This document shows, piece after piece, positions 15,528 to 33,159 of a stretch of DNA of 64,000 bases. This DNA is from the human T2T-CHM13v2.0 reference genome, Homo sapiens. How positions within the stretch are numbered: the first letter of the stretch is position 1; each line of letters begins with the position of its first letter. Location: assembly GCF_009914755.1 (NCBI RefSeq), contig NC_060939.1; one strand, written 5' to 3'. The notes beneath the pieces are model-generated. The model saw nothing but the letters and a program-made list of their open reading frames with translations. It was not told the origin of the DNA and searched no databases. The position numbers and the translations under genes are program-made.

Positions 15528-16158
15528 TGGATTTTATTTCAAGCTCAACAAGGGAATGAAGTAATGAGAGTCCTCCCTAGCTGCTGAGTAGAGAATGAAT
15601 TGTAGGTGTGCAAGAGTGGAAGCAGGGAGTCCAGTTAGGAGGCTGTTGTGGGCTGTTTATATGTATATGTATTTGTGAATGTTTTAAGACAGAATCATCT
15701 GGACTTGGTGTGAAGTGGATATGGAGGGTGAGAGAATCAGGAAAATCAAGGATGATGCTGATCTTTTTGGCTTGAGCAGCAGGGTGGATGGTAGTGGCAT
15801 CCACTGAGAAAGAAGAATAAGTTTAGGGAGACACTTTGGAATAGTGAGTTTGGGTGCTTAGGTCACTTCCAAGTGGGTGTATCTGGGAGGCAGTGGCACA
15901 AATGAGTCTGAAGCCCAGGAACAAAGTCTGGGCTGGAAACAGAAAATTGTGAATCACCAACAAATGTATGGTAATTAAAATCAAGAACTGGCTGATGCTA
16001 CTCTGAAAGACAGATAGTCTGGGAGTAATCCCTCAAGAACCCCAACATTCATTGAGCAAACATTCATTGAACATCTTTGTATGAGGCCTGTGGTAGGTCT
16101 GGCATATGGTGATAAATAAAGCACAGTTCCAGCTCTCAAGGAGCTTAGTCTAATGGAA

Positions 16159-16321
16159 GAGGTGGAGTTAATCTAGGTTTTGTGGGGCCTGATACTCACT
16201 AAGAAAAAGAATATAAAACTGTTGCCACAAAATTAGGTGCAAGCCTTGGAAGGGATTTGTGTAGGAGAGTGACAAGCCCTGAAGCTTAAGCTTCATCATC
16301 TCCATGGTAAATCCTTCTCAG
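16159..16321. mobile_element. MER53 (hAT) relic
   Basis: ggttttgtggggcctga...ccctgaagcttaagcttcat...catggtaaatcc. Confidence 0.7.
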
Positions 16322-16549
16322 TGGGAAAGACAGATAAGTAAAGCAGTAGTTTACACTATCACGTGTAATGGTATAGGTAAGTGCTGAGGGATTTAGTACT
16401 GCAGAGAGCCGACATCTCAACACACCAGAGGGTCAGGGAAGGCTTCCTAGGGGAGGGGATACTTAGCTGAATCTTGAAGGACAAGCAGGAATTCACTGAC
16501 TATACAAGGGCTAGGGAGTCTCGTAGCCATGTGCAAAAACCAGAGAAAT

Positions 16550-17170
<621 letters not shown>

Positions 17171-18600
17171 CTGCAAGTAAGCAGGAGGCTGTGCTAAGTT
17201 AAGAAGTTTAGACTCTTACTGGGTGACAGTGGGGCCCCCAGTGTGTTGGGAGGGACATGATGTGCTTTGCTCAGAAACCCACTCTGGCTGAGGGGTGGCG
17301 AATGTGCTGGAAGAGAAACAGATCAGAAGTCAGGAGGCTGTGCAGGACTATAGGCAGGAGAGTGCAGAGACAAGGCGAAATGTGAGAACTCTCAGGAAAG
17401 AGGTCTGACAGCTAATTGGGTGTGGGCTGTGAGGGAGAGGGAGGAATTTGGGTAGACTTCTGGGTTTCCAGGATAGACAAATGGAGTGGATTGGGATGCA
17501 ATACTGTATTCAGTGAAGGGCTAAAGTGAAGTGTGCTCTACCTGAGAGAAGCTGAGTGAAGGCAGGGCTCGGACAAGGGATTCAATAAATATTTGTTGAA
17601 TGAACGTTAAAAAAAAAATTTAAGACTAACGTGTGGTTCAGGAAATGTGTTATGGATGGTTGAGAAGAGGAATTGCTGTATCAGTGGGAAATAGCAAATG
17701 GAGGTCAGGAGGACAAGCCCACTAGGGGCTACCATGGTTTGCCACCTGAAGTTCCTATAAACAGCTGCAAAGGATCCCATTGCTCATCCTCAGCAAGAGG
17801 CATGAAGACATCCTCTTCTGTTACCTCAGCCTCTTGCTAACTGTTGTAAGGAGAAGAAGGTGGGGGTAACTGGGCTGAAGAAAGAGCAGGGAGAATGTTG
17901 TGATGTGAGAGGTGAATGTGTTTGTGAAAAGGGCATGTTCAGAAAGCACCTACTTTCCAGTGCTGTTACTCATAAATGGACTCATCAGCCACACCCAAAT
18001 GTTGACAAACATTCATGTCCATTTGCCTGAAATGTCGAAATATGAAATAGAGCCACTAGGGAATATAGATTTGACCTCATTTCCTTATTTATGCTTGGGA
18101 AAATAAATGGGATTTAGTAAAACCAAATCAAAAGCACCAAAAAAAAAAAAAAAAAAGAAAAAGAAAAAGAAAAACTGAATGAAGATAAGATCAGGGTGCT
18201 AAACAAAAAGAAAAAAAAGAAAAAAAGAGAAGAAGACAGGGTTCTGTCACCATCTTTGTGAGTGTGGGTAAGTGATGGAATCATTCTGCATCTCAGTTTT
18301 CTAATCTAGCAAAATAGCTACAATAATATGAGTGTTGTCTATTTCACAGAGTTGGTCGTATCAAATAAGAAAATGGATATGAAAGGCTTCAGAAAGTTAG
18401 AAGTGCATGCTGAAATTAGCCATGAACAATGAATCCTTAGAAAGGTATTTTGGCTTGAATAAATCTGAATGGCAGAGAAACCATTAGGGGTGTGCACCAT
18501 GGGGCAAAGATCAGTCTCTCCTACCCCTCGGTGTACAGAACCATCCACCCTAGAGTGTAGACGGGACCCTCACAGTTCTTTGCCTCTAAAGAGAACTCTT

Positions 18601-18880
18601 GGCCAGGCGCAGTGGCTCACGCCTGGCCAAGCACTCTGGGAGGCCGAGGCGGGTGGATCACAAGGTCAGGAGATCAAGATCATCCCGGCCAATATGGTGA
18701 AACCCAGTCTCTACTAAAAACACAAAAATTAGCTGGGCCTGGTGGTGCACACCTGTAGTCCCAGCTACTCGGGAGGCTGAGGCAGGAGAATCGCTTGAAC
18801 CCGGGAGGCACTCCAGCCTGGCAACAGAGTGAGACTCCGTCTCCAAAAAAAAAAAAAAAAAAAAAAAAGAAAAAAAAAGA
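18601..18880 (+). mobile_element. AluS with internal deletion in right arm
   Basis: cccgggaggcactccagcc lacks about 35 nt; TSD agaactctt. Confidence 0.9.
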
Positions 18881-19570
18881 AAGAACTCTTTGGGTGAGGG
18901 TTGGATGTGAGAAATAGTGAGATGGCTGGGCCAATGGGTTCAGTGCTGTAGCCTCTTAAATCCCAGTAAACTTATAGGTGTGTCACAAAAGAGTTGGGGG
19001 GATTTCTTAAAATGCACAGTGCCCCCTTCATATGCAGATTGGTTATTTATACTCTGTTTCATTCATTTTTATGTTCATTCATTCATTTAGCAATGTGTAT
19101 CCAAGCATTCAAACCTCTCCCAATCCTTCAAAGCTTACTCAAATTCTACCTATTTCAGAAAGCTTCCTTGCCCATCACAGCATAGCACCTATCTGTGCCT
19201 TTTATTTCAGGAACCACATTCTTCTTTGTCATGCATCTGTATTATCATTGGCCTCAATTTCTTTCTGGACACAGAATCCATGTCCTAAGCATCTTTGTAT
19301 CCCTAAAGCCACCAGAATAGCACCATGTAAATAGTATAGCAGGTTCTCAGTAAATAAGAACTGCATGAATGAATAAGTTGGAGGGATGGCTGAGTGGCCC
19401 TAGATCAAGCACTATTTTCTATATTTTCTGAGCTGAACAAAGAAGGGAGTGTAGCAAGTTCAATTCTGGTTTAGCCATGGAGGTTGGTGGGGTGAGGGAA
19501 GCAATGAGAAGGTAAAGACGATTGCTGAGGGCAGCTATTTGTGATCCTGCTGCTTAAAGATAACACTAAA

Positions 19571-20318
<748 letters not shown>

Positions 20319-21525
20319 TCACTTGGGAGTGTCTACTCATTCAGCTCACCTTTACTGAGCACCTCCTGTTCTCAGTAAGACACTGCCACAAGGAAGGGAA
20401 ACAGATAACTGTAAGTTCATTGCGTGGCAAAAAAAGAAAAAAAAAGGTAGAGTCTACATGTAGCTGGTAGACAATTCATGCAGTGAAAAGTTAAACAGTG
20501 CTTTTTTTAAAAAAAAAGTTCAAATGATATTACAAGACTGTGAGTGTAAAGTGGCAAGCTAGTGGTTCAGACAGTAAATACACAGGCTTAATGCTTCTTC
20601 ATCTTGGATTGTCTAGGGCTGTCCCACTTCCCAGCTGGCTGCCCCATAGCTTTCCCAAAACACTAGCACTTACCTGAGCACACAGCTGATTTTAGTATCA
20701 CAGAATGTGTTCACTGTTATACAGCTTTCCAGGAGAGAGGTATTGTAATGAGCTGAAGGGAGGGTGGGAGGGGGCATGGAAGGGGCATTTGGGAAAGCTT
20801 CATACAAGAATTCACCCTGAATTTTATAAAAAATGGATAAGATTTGAGTAGGCAGAAAGGAATGGAGATGGCATTTTAGGCAGGAGAAAAAGGCATGAAC
20901 AAGGGAACAAGACTTAGAATAGATTAAGTGTATTTAGAGGACAGTTGATTTTCATTTATTCATTCATTTAATAAATATTGAGCTCTTGCTAAGTGCTGGG
21001 CAGTGTTCTCATGCTGGCCACACAGTGGTGAATAAAACAGTCTACCTTCAAGATGCTAGTGGGGCAGTCAACTTATTTCCACAAATAAATTGGGGAAAGT
21101 GCAGTGAAGGAAAAGAACAGGGGTCTATAAAAGAATTATACATGGCTTCCCAGAGGAAGGTGACACTTAAGTGGAGACCAGAAGCCTGAGGAGGGAAAGA
21201 GCATTACGGACAGGGGGCGAGGGGCCCTGTGATGAGGGTTTTGAGGTGGGTGAAGAGGATGGCACATTTCAGAAACCCAAAGACAGTTGGTGCCACTGGA
21301 CTATGGTGAGTGGACAGATTCGACTGGGGGTACTGCATTGCAGGCTGAAGCCAGATTATAGAAGGTCAGACTGGAGGGATGGAACATGTTGAAACATTTT
21401 CTGAGACCAGGTTATCTCGGAGTGTGTTTCTGTATTTCAACCTGAGGACTTCCGTGGAGAAAGGGATGTAGGGAGAAAGTGAGGGTCTCGCCACAACATC
21501 TCGTGACTCCTCTCCCTGTTTGCAG

Positions 21526-21579
21526 CCGGGCGATGGGGCCATTGCGGTGGATGAGCTACAGGATAACAAGAAGCTGAAG
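21526..21579 (+). CDS. SLC24A1: SLC24A1 exon 3 (54 nt, PGDGAIAVDELQDNKKLK; in-frame cassette)
   Basis: ctccctgtttgcag|CCG...AAG|gtgggt; phase 0-0; needed for the 1099-aa total. Confidence 0.93.
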
Positions 21580-22992
21580 GTGGGTGCCGTATGGAGTCTG
21601 CCCAGTGGGGACACTGCAGGGTCTCAGTGGATGATCACAGGCCCAGGGTATTGTGGCCCTGTGCTGGGGACCCTGGCTGTGCTCAGGCCTAGGAAACTCC
21701 TGGGAGCGCTGCCAGGGTGAGGCAAGGGAGGAGAGGGCTCTTTTTCTGAGAACTCTCACCTCTAGATGGCCTTTGAGGAGGTGCTAGTTTGGGAGCTAAG
21801 TCTGGAATGTTACAGTCCTCTCTGCCATTAGCTTGCTGTGTGACCTTGAGCTTCAGATTCTGCATCTGTAAAATGACTGTTTGAACTAGATGAATTCAAG
21901 TCCTAATGTACAGCCCAACATTGTATGATTGATATAAAAGCCAGATTACCTATGGCTTTGGAATGCCCCAGAACTAAGAGAAAGATAGCAGGGGAACTGG
22001 AGAGGACAGGAGTCTGAGGTTTCTGAAAAACTGTGTCTTAGCTGTTTATAGTCTATGAAGTATCTGGAAAGAATTATGGGGAACTTTGAAAGGAGTTCCG
22101 AACTTGAACCTAAAGAACCTCCCCCATCCAAAGAAAATCTCTGACTTGTGGTGAAGTAGTGTCACCACAACCACTAGATGGCAGAAGAGTTCAGATCAGA
22201 GGGATGAGGGGGAAGAAAGGAGGGAGGAAGAAGAGAAGGGAGGGAGGACTCCGCAAGTGTGGAAGCGTTGTCTTTGGATGTTCCATTGTAAATCAGATGA
22301 TATTTCTATATGTGTCACTATGAATAAGTGTCACATCTGTGTCTGTACAGTATAGATGTGTGTGTATGTGTGTACCTGTGAGGGTCTCTGAGCACATGGG
22401 CAGAAAAAAAACCAAAACAAAACTGAAAACTGGGAATCAGAAGACCACAGAAGACCTGGGTACCAGTCTGACTCTTTCATTTACTTCCTGCATGACCTTG
22501 GCTTAGGCACCTAGCTTCTTTGAGTTTTCCTTTCCCTTTCCATAGATGGGGATCATAGCTTTGCTTGTCTCTGGGAGTGGGGCAATGATAAAACGTGATA
22601 ATGCTCTTTGTGGACTGTAAAGGGCTGTAGCCATGTGCAGTGGGTCTGTCTGTGTGGTGTGTGGGTGAGGGAGTGTTTCTGAGGGTGTACTTGCAGGGAT
22701 GTGCAAACCCTTCATAACGTGATATTCCTAATACACCAGGTTGCTCCCTGTGGAGACGTTGGGAAATTATTCAGTACCTAAAACAAAATAGTCCTGGAAG
22801 AGCTGAGGGGAGGCTGAGAAAGAAAGTAGTGTAACTCTTCTGGTTGGAGGTGGAGGAAGAGGGGAGGTCAGGATAAGGCATCTGTGCTTTCTCCCTGATC
22901 TTTATGGGAAAGAGGCAAGGTTAGTGATGCCCTCGTGTGGTTCCTCCCCTGGCTTGGACAGGGGCCCACTGTGCGGCTCTCCTCTTGCTCAG

Positions 22993-23101
22993 CTCCCGTC
23001 CTTGCTGACCCGAGGGAGCAGCTCGACCTCTCTGCACAACAGCACCATCCGCAGCACCATCTACCAGCTCATGCTCCACAGCCTGGACCCCCTGAGGGAA
23101 G
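22993..23101 (+). CDS. SLC24A1: SLC24A1 exon 4 (109 nt, LPSLLTRGSSSTSLHNSTIRSTIYQLMLHSLDPLRE)
   Basis: ctcttgctcag|CTC...GAAG|gtaagc; NCKX1/2-type loop motif SSSxSLHNS; phase 0-1. Confidence 0.97.
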
Positions 23102-24173
23102 GTAAGCAAGGCCTCTCCAGACCTTTGTGGTTTGCCCCATCCACTCCTTCCCTCCTGCAGCTGGAGAAGAACTGGGACCTGAAAATCCTAGAGGCAGTGA
23201 GGAGGGAGTGGGAAGAGATAATAAGCAGAGGAAAGTAGTAAAAGTCAGACAGTCTGGGAAAGAGGGTAGAGACCAAGACAGGGGACTCACCAAGAGAGGG
23301 CAACAAAGAACATGGAGGCTAAGGTCCTTGGGTATCCACATCCCACTTCCCTGCCTCTGTCCCTCCCTGTAAAATGAAGGCATTAACCTGCAGTTAGGCT
23401 GTGAGTACCATGTGCTCTGCACAGATTTGGGATGGGGCTGCCCTGCAAAGCCCACTGCCCAGGAGTCAGCCCCAGTGTTCCATGGAGAGTGTCTAGCCAA
23501 GCAGCTCAGCCCAGGCTGACTGGCCTGGGCTGCTTCTGGGGACGCCTCTTGTAGGGTCCCAAAGCCCAGAAGTTCTTAGTGGCACTTCCTTTTGCTTTAT
23601 ATTCAACTCTGGAGTCCTAGGAAACCTGCCAACTCCTCCCCAAGTCTGGAATCCCAAAGGACACCCTGGAAACTGCCAGGACCCTTTTAAGGGTGACGAG
23701 GGTAAGAGCAGGGTCCAAAGTATAGTGGGGGCTGTTGTCCAATTTGACAAATGGTGGCAGCGGCTGAGATTCTCACTGTCCACCTTACCACATCCTGCCT
23801 TCTGCTTCTCTTCCCCAGAGAGCTGCCCCCAACATGCATCTCAGACCCCTAAAGGGCACTTCTCAGCTACTCTCCTGCTCTCCTGGAGCCTCCCCATCTC
23901 TGGGGCTCTGGTGCAGAACCGGAACCCAGCCAGGAGGCCCATCAAGGAAATGCTAGCCTTTGTGCAAAAGCCAAGGGCTTGGACTGCAGTTGGGCAGGAG
24001 GGCTGAGGGCTGAGCTGAATATGACACCACAGAATGATCCATTGAGTCCCAGGGAGCACTCTGACTGACCTTTCTGGCTCAAGGACAAATTTTCGGGGCT
24101 CAGAATTTTCTTTAGGCTCTGAAGTCCTTTTCAGAGACAATATTGGGTTGTCAGTTGTTTTAAAAAAAAATAC

Positions 24174-24814
<641 letters not shown>

Positions 24815-27800
24815 TCAAAGACAAGTGATGAAACCTTCCTTAGGAATTCCTCAAGGTAAGAACAGAGAGAGAGAGAAAGGGAGAAAAAAATTAATCTAAG
24901 CTGCTGATGGAGCTGTTAGGAAAAAAAGAGAGAGAAAAGAAAAAATAAAAAGCAATTCCTCAAGGTAAACCTCAGCAGACATGTGAGAGAGGCCATCCCC
25001 AAATGTCAGCTCTAGAAAAATAGTACCTCTGGGGTTTGCAGAATGGAAGCTGCAGCCCCTGACAGCCTCTGGTGATGAGTGCCGGGGTGCTCTGGCCAGG
25101 GCCCCATGAGGAAAGCTGTATCTCTGGGTCATCAGTGGCTACTCCCAGAGGAATCACTGACTCTAGCAAAGTCCTGATGATAAAGACCTCTTGGGTGGGA
25201 CTGGAGGGCCCCCAGCTGGGCATCTCCATGACCAACAGCCTCCAGCTGGCCTACTTGTCCTAACAGGATTATGTGATGTTCAGGCCAGGCTGAGGTCAGA
25301 GGAGATTGATGCTAAAGCCATGATCCGGCCCTGCTGAGAGGGGAGAGGCATGTGAGGAAACGAGTGCCCAGGAGCCAGCAGCAATCATCCCAGGGAGGAC
25401 AAGCATGCTGGTACATTGTCTCTGGGTGTCTTTGGGGCATGGAATGGCTCTCGTGACTGCAGATGTCCTCTGGGATTCAGTCGTGCTCAAGAGCCCAGCC
25501 TGATTCTACACCCTGAGATGACATATGGGAGGGGTGGGGACCATGCAGGGCTGTGATGAGGGCCTTTGTTCCCCAGGCTCTCTAGATGCACATTTGTGTT
25601 TTTGTATGCTGTTTCCAGATGGCCGTCCAGATGTTTCCACTCTTTACAGGTGTTCCAGCTCTTTCCACAGAGCTGATCCGTGGAAAAGATGTTTCCTGGG
25701 GTCTGAACTCTCACCTTCCCTGTGAAGGGGCTTATCCTCTCCAGGGTCCCATGGCTTTTCTGGTGATTTCACTTGGATGTGTGTGAGACAGGGTGGGGGA
25801 GACCCTGCAGCTGACCTGTTTTCCTCAGTAACATGGGAAGTGAGAGTCTAGGCTGTGATGAGGATGAGAAGGAAAGGGGGAAGCTTGTGTTTATGGCTAG
25901 CCCTTCCAGCAACAGCCAGCAGATAATCTCAGTGCCAAGACCAGAACCAAGGGAGCCCTCCTGTGACAGCAGCTACACATTGCTCAACAGAAGACTTCAG
26001 GGTTTGATTAGTGCCAAGGGGGCACTGGGTTTGTCTGGACGAAGGTGTGTTGGCCCCCCACCTCTCAGTTCTGATGAGGACCCAGGCCCACCAGGCCACT
26101 TCGAGGGACCACACATGTCATAGTGGCTCTACCCATGGAGCTTATTGCCAGAGCCAGCTGCAGCTGAACTAACTGAGAGTTTAGGAGACAGGTAGAGAGG
26201 AGGAAATTCCAGACCCATTTATCTGTTTCCTGCTTGTCCTGGAGCCAGGCAGAGCCTTTGATCCACCCAGCTTCCCAGATTGCACTTTCCAGCTTCTCCG
26301 TTTCCTCTCAGTCCGTCTGTATTATGGACTAGATGATCTCCAGGGTTCCTTCTAACTCGGACCCTCTGGGATGCCGGGCATCATCACTGTGGGGTGCTTC
26401 CCAGGTAGGACAGCTGCTCTCAACTACTCTTGTCAATTTGTTTTCATCATTGTTGTTGTTGTTGTTACAGCTAAAAGTTATAGAGTGCTTTCTAGGTGCC
26501 AGACACTGTTTTGACCATATTCATGTATAAATTCATTTACTTTGTCACCAACTCTGGAAGATTTTACAGATGAAGAATCTGAAGTACAGAGAGCTTAAGG
26601 AATCACCCAGTTAGGTCCACAGCTATAGCGCAAGTGGCAGAACTAGGATTCAAACCCAGGTCATCAGGCTTCAGAATTGTGCTAAAGGAACAATATGAGT
26701 GAGGCCAGCATTTGCAGCAGTAAAAGTGTTTTTATTTATTTTGTCTCATGGATCCTCATCACATCAGTCCCCTGAGGATATGACGGTATTGCCTTTTTAG
26801 AGAGGATGCTGAGGCTTAGTGCCGGCACACAGGCTTCCCAAAGTCACCCGGTGCTCATGGGGCAGAGCCAGCCTAAATTCAGAATAGAGCCCGTAGATCC
26901 CATGACACCACTTTGTTCTTCACTTGCACCACTGCCTTCGCCCTCCCAGGCCACACAGCTGTGGACTCCTTCACCTCAGCCTTGTTCCTTCTTCCCTTCT
27001 CACCTTGAAATTATACACGTAAAGTGCTTTGCATGTTTCCTGGCACGTAGTCCCAGTTAAAGAGAGTTGCCTGTCCCGTGTTTCTCACCTGGAAATCAGG
27101 GCAGCACAATTCTGTGCATGCTGCCCTGTGGGCCTCCAGCAAAGCATGTGCATAGGGATCTGAAGGAGGCCCTTCTCGGGCTCTTGTTGTGCCTGGGGTC
27201 AAAAAGGGTGTATCCGAGAGCTTGTTGGTGAACCATTTCCCCTTTTCCACTGGAGAGGGAAGGCTTATGAACATGGCCATCAGCCGTCCCCCTGGAGCTA
27301 TAACAAAGCCTCTAGTAGATTCATAGAAAGTAAGCTACAAAGATAATATAGTCCAAGGATGGCAAAAACATCTCCCTGCAATTATTTCTCCATTCCATGT
27401 CTATCACAGACATTACCAATCAATCATGGTACTTTTCTACAAAGTTTGGGTCAGAGTCCTTCTCAATTCAGTACCCAAGCAGGCCATCACTTGAGCTTGT
27501 AAAGGAAATAAATCCTATTTCTTGGTCCTGAGTCCAACCATGTCATTTTACCAGAGAGGAAATAGGCCTTGAGAAGGGAAATGACTTACCCTAAGGTCAC
27601 AGCCAGTCAGTGACAATGCAGAGAATGTAAGACAGAACTTTGGGAATTAGGCACCACAACTAGGCCTCGTAGGATCAGAATCCAGATGTCACAACCCCCA
27701 TGGCAGCCTTTTCCCACACTCTGCAGCTGCCCTCTGGCTGCTCAGCTGACTGTCCTAACTGAAAGGGCGTGGCAGGGATGATCCTACAATTCCAGGTAAG

Positions 27801-27824
27801 ATGTATGTCCTGTCTCATTTGCAG

Positions 27825-27911
27825 TTCGCCTTGCCAAGGAGAAGGAGGAGGAGAGCTTGAATCAAGGGGCCAGAGCCCAACCCCAGGCCAAAGCAGAAAG
27901 CAAACCAGAAG
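27825..27911 (+). CDS. SLC24A1: SLC24A1 exon 5 (87 nt, VRLAKEKEEESLNQGARAQPQAKAESKPE)
   Basis: catttgcag|TT...GAAG|gtgaga; phase 1-1. Confidence 0.93.
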
Positions 27912-29009
27912 GTGAGAGGATGGCCAGACCAGTGGGTTTTCTCCTGCCCCCCTCTCCCTGCTGTCAGTAGTGAGCTTGGCCTGGAGGCAGCAGCCAGCCA
28001 GGCCAGGGGCTGAGGCACATCTTTGGCCTCTGTGAGCCAGTCAGTTAGAGTGATGGTAGGGTGTTGCCCTGATCGCCGCTCCACTCCAGACTCTTCCTTC
28101 CCAGGTGCTGTCTTTCTGACATGGCCGCTGGTCTGAGAGTGGCCCCATACAGCTTCCTCTCCGTTTTCCACAGCTGGGGTAGGCGAGGGAAGGCTAGGGG
28201 TTGTTGAACTCCCACTTCTTTTTGCTAAATCTCATCCCAAATGAGACTGTGGGACTTTATTTCTTCTTCCTGTCTCTTCTGTACAAGGACAGTGTTGCTA
28301 GTTATTGGTCTGAAATCAGCAACCCCAGTGAGGGAAGGCTACCAGGGGTCTGGTGTCACAGAAGTCTAGTATCTGTGTGGCAGCTAGGACTGAGAAAGTG
28401 GGACAGCCACTGCCATGTGGGCTCTGCACAGCACACCAGGACTGCCTGATCCACCCAGCAACCCCTGGATGGAGGTGGAACAGCAGTCATTCTTCCCATC
28501 CTATAGACAAGAGTCTCAGAGAGGTCAAGTGACTTCCCAAAGCCACACAGCCAAGAAGTGAGAGAACCTGTACCTAAACCTAGCTCTCCAGACTTTCCAA
28601 GTTTCCCTTCCCGTCAGTCCTGTTCCAAGGCTTCAAAAGCTGCTGCCTTTGGAATCAGCAGGATCCTTCCCAAAGGGTCATTCTCTGAGTGCTGGGAGCT
28701 TTGCCCTCTCTCTGTTCTGACTGCCCAGCTGTTGACAGTGTCTTTGGCCACAATGGCCAGGATGGATATGTCTGTGAATTATAGGGGAGCACGGATGGTC
28801 ACTTGCCAACTGTCTTCTCATCTGCAGATAGGTCAGGGCAATAACAATTCACATCATCTTACTTTTCCTACCAACAAGAAATTCCCCCAAATAAACCTTC
28901 AGAAACCCTGAAGTCCAATAGCCCTGTAGCCACTTATGCCAGTGTCTCTGCCAGCTTCCTTCAGAACCTTGTCCACTCTTCTGATGTAACCCATGTTTAT
29001 CCTTTAAAG

Positions 29010-29101
29010 AGGAGGAGCCAGCCAAGCTCCCTGCGGTCACGGTCACACCAGCCCCTGTTCCAGACATCAAGGGAGATCAGAAGGAGAATCCAGGCGGTCA
29101 G
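29010..29101 (+). CDS. SLC24A1: SLC24A1 exon 6 (92 nt, EEEPAKLPAVTVTPAPVPDIKGDQKENPGGQ)
   Basis: atcctttaaag|AG...CAG|gtaggc; phase 1-0. Confidence 0.93.
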
Positions 29102-29624
29102 GTAGGCACCCAGCCTTGGCACAGACAAAATTGGAGAGGTCTAGGGAAGGAACTCTTGACCAAAAATACATCCTCCCTGAAGGTCTGAAATCCTATTTGA
29201 GGTTCATTCCTCTGGGGGTAAATATTACCCTTTCTCTGAAGATCACTTGAAAAATACAAGTATCTCATGGGGCCAATTAACTCACTGGAACATCTTACAT
29301 GAGTGAGCTAACATATTGACAATGTATTGTGAACTGTCACATGCTATAAGAACATAAGGAATAATTGTTAGTGGGTCTGTCAGCAACTAGGTGACAGTGA
29401 GACCAGGTAGCTCCTGAGCACTGGGAAGCTTGAAATGCAGGTGGGAGGGATGCTGGGTGAAGGCTTTCCAACCTTCTGAGGCTCCTCATTGCCTACTGCA
29501 CCTGGTCAGGCATCTCAGCCTTGTCTGCAGAGCTTTCCAAGTCCTGATACTGCCCCGTCTTTACAGCCTCATGGTCTCTTCTTCTACCATGCTCCAGCCA
29601 AACTGGATTTCTTGTCTCCATGTT

Positions 29625-29774
29625 TTTCTTTTTTTTATTTTTATTTTTGTATTTTTAGTAGAGACGGGGTTTCAACATGTTGGCCAGGATGGTCTTGATC
29701 TCCTGACCTTGTGATCCACCCACCTTGGCCTCCCAAAGTGCTGGGATTATAGGCATGAGCCACCACGCCCGGCC
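29625..29774 (-). mobile_element. Partial Alu (left monomer)
   Basis: TSD gtctccatgttttt on both sides. Confidence 0.88.
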
Positions 29775-30502
29775 GTCTCCATGTTTTTCTACCTCCCAGC
29801 CTTGGCTCACATGGTTTTCTCTCCCTAGAATGCCTTTTCTCCTCCATTTTCATATATCCTCATCTTACCATGCACCCCACCCCCCTCCCCAGCCCCTGGC
29901 CAGTATAAACACCTTTGTCATGTAGCTGCCTTGAACCACTCCAAATCTGAATGCCCCTGGTGCTCTGCACCTATCCCAGGGCTTTTACCAACTGTCTTCC
30001 TTGGATTCTGAGCCTGCTAGGTGGTGAGGTTCCTGAAGGCAAGATCGAAGTCTGAGTCATCCCTGTCTCCCCTACAGAGGGAAGCAGAATGCCTGGTGCA
30101 CAGCTGGCTCAATATATGTTGAGTGACTGACAGTAAAAAACATTCCATTTGCAAGTTCCATCTCTTTTTTTCTCTCCATTCAATACCCAGAAAACGCTTG
30201 ATTATATCTCATCCTTAAGCCAGCAACTTTGGGTTCAGCGTCTAAGACAGCTTCATGGTAACATGAGTAGGTCTATTACCGCTAGCTCAAGTAAAAAGGA
30301 TTAAGAGGATACAGAGGTATTCCCTGGAATCCCAGGGCAGGAAGTGAAGCTTGATCTCATGAAGAGCTGGGCCTAGGCCTGAGAAGGCATCTGTGACCCT
30401 GGTGGCTTCTCATTCCATGTCCTGCTCTCCCTCACATTCCTTCTCTGAGTACAGGCTCTATCATGGGCCTCTCTTGGCAGGCTGGCTTCATTTGTTCCCT
30501 TA

Positions 30503-30897
<395 letters not shown>

Positions 30898-31242
30898 GAG
30901 AGAGACAGAGAGAGAAAGAATCGGTTCAACCCAGCTCCTTGGTCAAGAATCCAGCTTGCATCCAACTGGTTGTGGCTGGCTGACTTGACTCCAACACAGG
31001 AAGTGGAAGCTACTTGCTCAGCTGGGGCTATTAGGAGTGACAGTCTTCAGAGTAGAGGGTGCAGAACAGACAGACGCTCCCATATTTATGGGTTTAAATG
31101 ACTTGTCATCTCCTCTGGGAAGCATTCTCTACCTGATGGGGGTAGACAGGAGAGGGCAGGAATGATTTCAGACGAAAATCTTCTCAATCCTCATTCTCAG
31201 TTCAAACTGCAGGCCTCATCAGTAGTATTTGTTGTCTTCATT

Positions 31243-31822
<580 letters not shown>

Positions 31823-31850
31823 CTACAGGTTAGCTGGTTGCCTAATCTGA

Positions 31851-32845
<995 letters not shown>

Positions 32846-33159
32846 AGACATCTCATTTGGCCCTTTACCTGGTATTGATTGGTAAAGCAGGATAGCTTGG
32901 TGGACCACCCATATTCAAATCCCAACTTCATCACTTATAAACCACGTGGACCATGGGCAAGTTACTTAGTTCCTTTTACTCTAGTTTCTCCATCTGTAAG
33001 ATGGGCATAGTTTTATCCATATCATGAATTAATTGATTCATAAAACACCGTAAGTGCTAGCTATTATTATTAAACTACTTCCCATGGTGCCTGGCACATA
33101 AAAACCCTCAATAAATAGGCATTATCATCCTTATTTTGTAGATATAAGGTAATAAAACA

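Noticed and set aside
18120-18245. A-rich tracts with loose repeats aagatcagggtgct / aagacagggttct
   Set aside because: Too degenerate to call a TSD-bounded insertion
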